Origin: Octopus sinensis
Lineage: Eukaryota
Reading direction: 5' to 3'
Length of the DNA: 64,000 bases
Assembly: GCF_006345805.1 (NCBI RefSeq)
Contig: NC_043009.1
Coordinates: 66,154,001-66,218,000 of the forward strand
In this document: positions 54,724-64,000 of the stretch, one piece after another
Numbering within the stretch: the stretch's first letter is position 1
Layout: every line of letters begins with the position of its first letter
The notes under the pieces: model-generated
What the model saw: the letters and a program-made list of their open reading frames with translations, nothing else
What the model was told of the DNA's origin: nothing
Databases searched by the model: none
Program-made: the position numbers and the translations under genes

Positions 54724-55022
54724 CTCAGAGAGAGAGAGAGAGAGGTGAAGAGAGAGCGAGAGAGGGAGAGAGAGAAGGGTGAAGAGAGAGTGAGAGAGAG
54801 AGAGGGGTGAAGAGAGGGAGAGAGAGAAGGGTGAAGAGAGAGTGAGAGAGAGAGAGGGGTGAAGAGAGGGAGAGAGAGAAGGGTGAAGAGAGAGTGAGAG
54901 AGAGAGAGGGGTGAAGAGAGGGAGAGAGAGAGGGTGAAGAGAGAGTGAGAGAGAGAGAGGGGTGAAGAGAGAGCGAGAGAGAGAGAGAAAGAGGGGTGAA
55001 GAGAGGGAGAGAGAGAGAGAGC
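54724..55022. repeat. GA-rich minisatellite (GGGTGAAGAGAG + (GA)n units)
   Basis: About nine units of GGTGAAGAGAG separated by variable GA runs. The plus strand is almost pure purine. Confidence 0.9.
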
Positions 55023-55374
55023 AGGAGACAACGATAACGAGTTTTTACATAATATCTATTATATTGTTTCTAACCAAGTGATCTAAATTTCAGCTTTTCA
55101 ATAACCTCAATCAGTTGTCTTGCTAAATGCTTCTAATAGGCCACGTTTAATAGAATTGTGATGATTCCAGACTTTTTAAACTTGTATTACGCCATGGCGA
55201 CGAAAGAAAAATTATATGGACAGAGAAGTATTTGCGCTCTCATTAGTAAAAGGAGGTGACTTACAATTCCACTGGCGCAGAATCATGGGCAAGTGTCTTC
55301 TGTTGTTTGTGAGTGAATTTGGCAGACGGAAACTGTGAAGAAGCCTGTCGTATATATATATATATATATATATT

Positions 55375-55414
<40 letters not shown>

Positions 55415-55430
55415 CGTGTGTGTGTGTGCC

Positions 55431-55466
<36 letters not shown>

Positions 55467-55602
55467 TAACTGAAATTTACAGAAAAGCAAAAGACGAGGA
55501 CAGGTGTATAAACAACAAACAGGTGTATTAGTTTAACGCTCGGGAAGGTCAGAAAGTCTTTTACGTTTCGAGATTACGCTGTGCAACAGAAAGAAATAAA
55601 AG

Positions 55603-55655
<53 letters not shown>

Positions 55656-56129
55656 TAAAAGAATTCTTGGAACTAACGGTCAATCATATATATATATATA
55701 TATCAACAAACAAGATGAGGACAAATATCCGTCAAATGTAAATAATGTAAATAATGTACATAATTCCTCATCTCTTAAATATAGAACTGTATTTTGAAGA
55801 ATCACTTTTTAAAAAGTTACCTCTACATATATTCTATAGATTTCGGAGCCAACACTGAAAGTTACGACGTTTCGTATACGAATATGTCTTTGTAAACAAT
55901 GAGATCGAAGATAGTCAGCTAGGCAATGGGTGTATATGGATATTTCTGGAGTTGTTGGCCTTTCTTCAGTATCACATTCAACCCCTTAACCATCACGAAC
56001 ATATTGCTTAAATAGCCACTAAATTAAAACGTGTAACACAAGTGGATATACCAATTTTAGATATTAATTTAGAATAATGATAAGATAGGCAGAAGGAAAA
56101 GCCAGAGGAAGAGAAGAGAAAGAGAGCGT

Positions 56130-56160
<31 letters not shown>

Positions 56161-56400
56161 AGAGAGAGAGAGAAACCTATAATCAAAACCAGCCTATTTG
56201 TGACTAATATATATTCCCAAGTTAATGCGAACATATTATCCAGCATGTTCTTTTCTAGGTGGGTAAGGTATGATTGGAGGGAGGTTTGGCTGCTATTTGA
56301 AGTAGGTCAACCGTCCACGTAGAGACTCCTTTTGTGGATCGATAGTGTTGTTCGATGTTGTTGATGATAACGGCGACGACAAGGATGGTGGTGATGATGG

Positions 56401-56444
<44 letters not shown>

Positions 56445-56740
56445 GTGATGGTGATGATGGTGATGATGATGATGGTGATGATGATGGTCTTGATGTCGAG
56501 GTCGAGATATCTTACAGTACATATTGTTAGTGGTTGTAGGTCTGAGGTGCGTGGAGTGGGGGGAGGGCTATTCGGTGTAGTTCTGGCGATGGTAAGAAAA
56601 CAGTCTCTACAGCGCATATTAGTGATTATATGATGATGGTCGTGGTGGTGGTGGGGATGTTGCTGGTGGTGGTGGTGGGGGGGGGTTCGTTGTCGTCATG
56701 GCGGTGGTAGAGGTCTTGAAGCTGGTGAGTATAGTTGTGG

Positions 56741-56772
<32 letters not shown>

Positions 56773-57366
56773 GGCCGGGCATATTTTTATAATACACATT
56801 ATTGATGATGTGCTGATGGTGCTGATGATGATGGTGATGCTGCTGAATGTACTAATAATTGTAATGATGGAGGTAGTGGCGAAGGTTGTGGTGGTGGAGG
56901 TGATGGTATAGGTGCTGGCGGCGCTGTTGTCGTTGTTGTTGTCCTTGTTGTTGTTGTTGGTGGTGGTGGTGGTCGTCGTCGTCGTGGTAGCGGTCTTGAA
57001 GCTGGTGAGTATAGTTGTGGTGGTGGTGATGATGATGATGATGATGATGATGATGAGGAAGAGGAGGAGGAGGATATTTTCATAGTAACAAAAAACGTGA
57101 GTGATGCAGTGGAGGTGTTGTCGGTGCTGCCGCAGGTTGGAAAGGTTTGCTCCAAACTACAAACTGGAATCATAGCAGAAGAAAATATTGGTGAATCGAT
57201 GCCAATTTTCGAAGATATTGCGAAAAATTTTCGCGATATTCAATAAGATAGGAAGGAATTGTTTTAAATTCTCATATATTTCTGCATTCTCTTCCTCTTT
57301 ACCTTTTTCATATTTTTTCCCCTTTTCTTTCAAATTTCACTCTTTATTCTTCTTCTTCTGGTGAAA

Positions 57367-57422
<56 letters not shown>

Positions 57423-57424
57423 CA

Positions 57425-57479
<55 letters not shown>

Positions 57480-57493
57480 CATTATTATTATTA

Positions 57494-57532
<39 letters not shown>

Positions 57533-57852
57533 TGTTACTATTATTTCTATTATTACTGTTGTCGTTGTTATTATCATCATCAGCATTATCATTATCATTT
57601 TGGTGTAGTTGTTGTTGTGCTCTTGCAGTTGTTATCACATTACCATTATTATTTTATCGTTGATATTATTATTCATGTTGTTATTGATATCATGATTAGT
57701 GTTATTGTTGTTGTTTTTGTTGCTGTTGTTGTTATTGTTATTCCGTTCTGAATGACCTCATATGGAGGCTTATGTAAACGGAAATGTACTAATATATACA
57801 TACACCTAAATATGCAAAGATGCACACATGCACACATGCACACACACACACA

Positions 57853-57883
<31 letters not shown>

Positions 57884-57897
57884 CATACATACACACA

Positions 57898-57938
<41 letters not shown>

Positions 57939-58493
57939 TTGTCGATGTGTTTAGTCTCGATTTACTCAAACGTATTATTGCTCAGAACCTCATGTTGTAT
58001 TTTTCTTCACTATTTATTTCGATTTATATTCCTACATACTCTTCTTTCGTTCCTTTTTTCAGATAATTCCTCATTCCTTGGATATTAAAGCTTCCTTACC
58101 GCTGGGAGTATTTTTATCCATTACTTCATCCATTTATCTACCCCTTCACTTCGACATCCGCTGAATTCTGCCGCTAGAAATATTTCTCTCCGTTCTTCAT
58201 CTTTTAAAGCTTAGCACAGCACATTTCAGTTCGTGAAAATAAAATACTTTTCGAAATTGGTCCCGTGAATATTACGGGAAGACTATCCATATGCAAAAGA
58301 TGCTATTCCTTCATTTTCCATATTAAAAAAAATAAGCCTGTTACTCATATTTGTTTACAATACTCATTTCTGGTCGCCAATTTATAAAGTACATTCAATA
58401 TACGAGTGTATATATATATATATATATATATTGATAGTAATGGTAGAATGAGACCTAGATATTAAGTAAACAGAGAAATTAATCTGTAATATA

Positions 58494-58685
58494 AATGTGA
58501 CAATTATTCAGTCGCCATAATAAAACGCCGAGTTTCGGATGTCGGGGCGAAAATCTGCTCCGGCATCTCGTCAGTTATTAAGCATTTTTTGATTGTCTTA
58601 ACAATTGACGAGATGCCGGAGCAGATTTTCGCCCCGACATCAGAAACTTGGAGTTTTATTATGGCAACCGAATAATCGTCACATA
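58494..58685. mobile_element. Palindromic element made of two inverted hammerhead units
   Basis: 89-bp arms (58494-58582 and 58597-58685) with 8 mismatches and a 14-nt spacer. HHR motifs lie at 58518-58580 (-) and 58599-58661 (+). Confidence 0.8.
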
Positions 58686-58708
58686 TTATATTAACATATA
58701 CATATATG

Positions 58709-58740
<32 letters not shown>

Positions 58741-58813
58741 ATATATTATATATATATGTATGTCTGTATTTATGTATGTTGTATGTATGTATGTATGTAT
58801 GTATGTATGTATG

Positions 58814-58884
<71 letters not shown>

Positions 58885-60023
58885 TCCACAAGGGTGCACG
58901 CGTGGCTGTGTGGTAAGAAGTCTGCTTTCCAAACACATGGTTCGGGGTTCGGTCCCACTGCCTGCATCATGGCACCTTGGATAGATGTGTTTGGCAAGCA
59001 GAGCAGACTCCTTACCACACAGCCAGGCGTGCACCCTCGTGGAATATTCAGAAATAGAACGGATCACTGAAATAATCAAAGCTAAACCGACACGAAGATT
59101 TATTCTGTACAAAATCTATTCGCGGAGCAAATGTTCATGCGACACCAGTTGGTTATTGGCAGATGGAAAACCGAAAGATGGGGCGATTTCTACTTCATGT
59201 AATTAAAACGATCGTAAAATGGCCGTAAACTTTCAAACAGGGCATCAGCGATACTGTTATATAGAATGCTTTATTTAATGGTCTATACAAACATCGTATT
59301 AAAGTTTACATGACATTTGATCTACCAACAAGCATGCACCCCACCTCACACACACACACACACACACACGTATACACACGCTTACACGCGCATAAACAGC
59401 CAATATATGACAGATAGGAGCCATACACAACCTGCTAGAAATAATAGTCGAATTCCTCTCAAATCACGATTTAACATTCTTTTTAATAATGCAGGCCTTA
59501 CCAGACAGATAATGTTGTCTTCGATACACTGTTTGAAAATCAGACTGGATGGTCATGAGTGAAATGTTTTGTCGATAGATCCATCGAATAAGAGCAGGCT
59601 TAGGGTTAAACAAATACCACAATATTTATATAAATTTATATAAATATAGCGGTGGTGCCCCAGCATGGCCGCAGCCTGCGGGCTGAAACATTTTTAAGGA
59701 TTTAAGGATAGATTGCAACAACAAATAAGATGTAATTAATATAAGAAAGGGAGAATGGGTGATGTTCATGCTTTTTTGTGAGTGAAAAGGAATGGTTTTT
59801 AGATATGAATTGAAACCGTGACCGAAGATTCGGCATTTGGGTAATTTATTTAGAACTCATTAGGGTTACTGCACGTAATTTGAATATGTATTCCGTTATT
59901 TTGGTCAAAAGTCAATACACACTCACGCATACATGCATACATACACACACTCATTCGTACATGCATACATATATACATGCATGTATACATACAGAGAGAT
60001 AGAGAGATAGAGAGATATAGAGT

Positions 60024-60054
<31 letters not shown>

Positions 60055-60222
60055 TGTGCCTGTGTGAGGGATAAATTGACTTCCATACTGATGTGCTCAC
60101 ATACACACACACACACTCACATACAATCCTGAGATAGCGATGGAGATAGCGGGAGGAAGAGAGCGAGAGGGGGGTAGGTAGAGAAATTAATGATAGACTG
60201 ACAGGTAATCAAAACGATCCAA

Positions 60223-60260
<38 letters not shown>

Positions 60261-60345
60261 AGGAGATAGAGATAGAGAGTGAAAGATAGAAAGATATATA
60301 AATAGACGTTGCTGAAAGGGGGAGAAGAAAAGGAGAGAGAGGGAA

Positions 60346-60378
<33 letters not shown>

Positions 60379-60587
60379 AAGCTATGTGGAATGGTGGTGG
60401 TGGTGAGGGGCGGGAGGAGGTAGAAGGACTAATTGTTGCCTGCAGCGTCTGCAGGAATCGAACCAATAGATTCGTTAGAAAGTCTTCAGATCATTAACTT
60501 AGTAAATTTTTTTATGGAGAGAATGATGGGGGGGGGGAGATAAGATTCAGGCGGGGAAGGTGGAGGGAGTCAGAGTTATACATACAT

Positions 60588-60677
<90 letters not shown>

Positions 60678-60978
60678 GGGGAGAGGAAGAGGGAGAGAGA
60701 GGGAGAAAGAAGTATTTGTAATTTGTCATTTGTTTTAGTCATACTCTCTCTCTCCCTCTCTCGCTCTCCCTCTTTCTCTCTCTCTCGCTCTCTCTCGCTC
60801 TCCCTCTTTCTCTCTCTCTCTCAATTGCTCTCAGCTATAAGCCAGGTTACTGAGATAATCTGTAACGATATCATCTTGATTTAGAAGTTATATTCGAATG
60901 CGATACGACCAGAATATTTATGCCATTTAAAATTGTTTTCATCAACTTCCATTGAAGCGAGAGAAAGCAAAAGGAAAG

Positions 60979-61092
60979 CCGGTCGGTCGGTGTGTCGGTA
61001 GGTCGGCCCGTCGGTCCGTCGGTCTGTCGGACGGTCGGTCGGTCGCTGTGTTCGTCTGTCGGTCGGCGTAGTGGTCGGTCGGTAGGTCAGTG
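60979..61092. repeat. Degenerate (CGGT)n tetranucleotide repeat
   Basis: CCGGTCGGTCGGTGTGTCGGTAGGTCGGCCCGTCGGTCCG..., followed by a decayed SINE C tail at about 61115-61220. Confidence 0.85.
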
Positions 61093-61552
61093 TGCCGTTC
61101 GTAAAGGAAATGGATCTACGTCGGTTTCGACGATGAGGACATTTCAGTCGTTTGATCGATAGTACGACCAACTCATCGCTGTAGCGTGTAAGTGGCCGAG
61201 TATCCCACAGACGTGTGTAGTGATTTGTGTAAAACTTGAGCAGAAACAAACTGAGGCAATGTGTAACAAAGATTCACATCTGAATTGAATGGTTGTTAAC
61301 CCGTCCCAGAGTTTGGCTTCGGTCTACTGGAGGTTGTGAGGAGAGACCCTTGCTAAAGCTACCACGCATCGGGATCGTTAATAGGATCTTGTGATTATAA
61401 AGCGAGACTCTTAACCATTTCATCTTGGGTTTGTAGTAATCCAACGTCAAATCAAAACGATACCATTATCACCAACATCTTCATTGCCATCCACTTAGTC
61501 TTTCCTCCATCACCGTCACCATTGCCTTTACCATTACCATCATCATCATCGT

Positions 61553-61715
61553 AGGCGCAGGCGTGGCGGGACGGTAAGAAGCTTGCTCCACAACCACATG
61601 GTTCCGGGTTCAGTTCTACTGCGTGATACTTAGGGCAAATGCCTTCTACTATAGTCTCGGGCCAACGTAAACTTTAAGAGTTAACTTGGTTGACAGAAGA
61701 TGAAAGAAGCCCGTT
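61553..61715 (+). mobile_element. SINE family B head
   Basis: AGGCGCAGGCGTGGCGGGACGGTAAGAAGCTTGCTCCACAACCACATGGTTCCGGGTTCAGTTCTACTGCGTG...GAAAGAAGCCCGTTG. Confidence 0.8.
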
Positions 61716-61987
61716 GCGCGCGTGTTCCCCATGTTCGACAAAAATGCTAGGTTTAACTAGCTAATTCGATGATTTTCTAGCTAATTAATGCTAAAATCGG
61801 ACACTAAAGAGTTAGAAATTCTGGCGAATGGTTGTCATTGGAATTGTGTTTGTGATCTTTTATAGTGATCTATGCATATTTTGGTGTTAAGACGTAAGTA
61901 TACTCTCCCTTCAGATTTAAGATTGGTGATTGCTTTTTGCTTATTGTGTTTGAGTCATTTATAGCCGCATATTTTATTTGTATATAT

Positions 61988-62079
<92 letters not shown>

Positions 62080-62240
62080 ATGTATGTATTTATCCCCAAA
62101 TTATGGGGATTTGGTTCACAGGTGATCTAAACGATTACATACGCTAGGTAAGTACTGTAACGTATTACTGGGGTTCCAAGGTTATAGCCAAGACGGTAGT
62201 TATGGATCCATTGCAGATTTCCGATGCAGTGGATATATAA

Positions 62241-62528
62241 TTGTTACACAGGACAGCAAATATTAAGGCAAGGCAAACATCTCAAGTCGTATACAATATT
62301 ATTTCAGGAAGAAATTCAAAATCTTACAGTTGTTTCTAGGATATCCCCGAGTATGGGATATTCCGTCATCAGAGACAAATTTTTCCTTATTTGTTTCTGA
62401 TGATGGAATGTTCCATACTCGGTAATATCCCAGAAACAACTGTAAGATTTTGAATTTCTTCTTATAATAATATTGTATATGACTTGAGATATTTGCCTTG
62501 CCTTAATATTTACTGTCCTGTTTAACAA
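62241..62528. mobile_element. Palindromic element made of two inverted hammerhead units
   Basis: 140-bp arms (62241-62380 and 62389-62528) with about 14 mismatches and an 8-nt spacer. HHR motifs lie at 62321-62376 (-) and 62393-62448 (+). Confidence 0.8.
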
Positions 62529-62564
<36 letters not shown>

Positions 62565-64000
62565 TCACACATATGTATACGTGTACGCATACATGTATAT
62601 CTATATATATCTACATATTTACATTTATGTATATGTTCGTATATATGCTCGTATATATACTTGCCTGCCTGCCTGCCTACCTACCTACCTACCTACCTAC
62701 CTACATCCATCCATCCATCCATCCATCCATACATACATACATACATACATACATACATACACACATAATATATGATTACATACACTTAAATGTGGACATT
62801 ATGATCCGCCATACCCTGGGTTTGAAGCGAAACAGTAGCAATGAACTAGCTGAATCCATCAAACATTACAAGACGTGGATCACAGAATGTTCCACGAGGA
62901 TACAAATGGCAACCACAGAGCAGTCACTACTCGAAGGCTGTATGCGAACACTATTTCACCCTACTCTTCCTTCACCTCATTCGTCTTCCCACCCCATCGC
63001 ATTCCTCTCCTCCTCCTCCTCCTCACCTTCTGTTCCTCTCCTCCTTAGACTAAACACTCGACTCATCTGAAGCTTAGCTTCCACTCTACAGCGTCTGTCT
63101 TATAAGCGACTTAAGACTGATAAAGTACGTTAAACCAACGGATTTTGGGATAATGGCAGGCTAGAGTAGCGGGATTAAGAAACGGCAAAGTTTGGGTACT
63201 TTTCTCTCACTTTATGTCTGTGTGTCTCTGTTCCTGTACAGCATTTTGTGTATGTGTGTGCATCTCTACAGTTGTGTGTGTATGTATGTGCTTGTGTATG
63301 CCTGCGTGTGTGTGTACGTGTCTCTCTTTTTTTTACGTATGTTTGGATTTGTTTAACAAAACAGTTTCTTTAACACGCAACTATGTACACATATAAAGAT
63401 GAAACAGAATCAAAAAAACCTAATGTCTCTTTGATCTACTCGACTATTCGTAATTACAGTTATCCATCAATGGGTTGCTATTTCCACTCGTGTTTCATCC
63501 CTCTCACACTATTTTGATAGTCGAAAGTCTGTTAGAAGAAATATATCAAAATTGTTTTTGGTTTTTTTTTTGCTCTTATGAAATAGACTGCAACATGAGA
63601 CGTTTATATTTTCCGCTTGACTGTCCATAAATACATCCATCAATAACATTTACTCGCTAAATCACATAAAATAGACGTAGCTTATAGAAGAGGTATTAGT
63701 TACGTCATTACTGCAGAAGGCCTTACGTCTGAGGGAACTGGTTATCAAAGAGTGAATCGAAACCATGCGGAGGAGGATATTTCAACAAAAGTTTGCTTTC
63801 TTCCTCTCTCATCTGTTTATATAAATACCTCCTTAGGATCAGTTGTAACCCACGGAGCCATTTATTTCCAAGTAATTGAGGGTCTGAACCAACATTTTAC
63901 CAACTCACCACCTCATTTCACGCCAATAAATAAAGTAAAGGAGCGTTAAGATGGGGAAACAGTGCAAACTGCTTAGAATAAATGGCCTTACCAACTGACC

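Noticed and set aside
54724-55022. Regularly spaced repeat units superficially like a CRISPR array
   Set aside because: The spacers are just variable GA runs, there are no unique spacers or cas genes, and the context is eukaryotic.
62807-63070. ORF tail MIRHTLGLKRNSSNELAESIKHYKTWITECSTRIQMAT...
   Set aside because: Vague similarity to a decayed R4-type C-terminus, but no diagnostic motif, TAA flank or splice signals.
63717-63871. Plus-strand exon candidate EGLTSEGTGYQRVNRNHAEEDISTK...; a minus-strand candidate with a GTGAGT donor also lies near 63908
   Set aside because: Mutually competing, unrecognised and at the window edge, so there is no independent support.

Overview
Very AT-rich, microsatellite-saturated eukaryotic DNA. 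It is most likely intronic or intergenic sequence from an octopus (coleoid cephalopod), inferred from the recalled look of its SINE families and its repeat landscape. No protein-coding gene can be identified with confidence. Almost every ORF in the supplied track is a translation of (TA)n, (CA)n, (TACA)n, (TATC)n or trinucleotide repeats. The window is a mosaic of three recurring tRNA-derived SINE families, called A, B and C here, and decayed retroelement remnants. The remnants are a CR1/L2-group LINE, an RTE-like fragment, Penelope-like elements, at least six R4/Dong-type 3' ends sitting in (TAA)n arrays, and one L1/Tx1-like 3' end sitting in (GATA)n. It also contains a deleted mariner, a hAT-like MITE and a Helitron-like element. 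The most striking pattern is a set of about a dozen minimal type I hammerhead-ribozyme (HHR) motifs of the Penelope-associated kind. One is fully intact (40017-40099) and one carries a compensatory U3:A8 core (14209-14245). Two fold-back elements each consist of two inverted HHR units (58494-58685 and 62241-62528). Repeat boundaries were read by eye and are approximate unless a target-site duplication (TSD) or pairing is quoted. All family assignments come from recalled motifs, not database searches.
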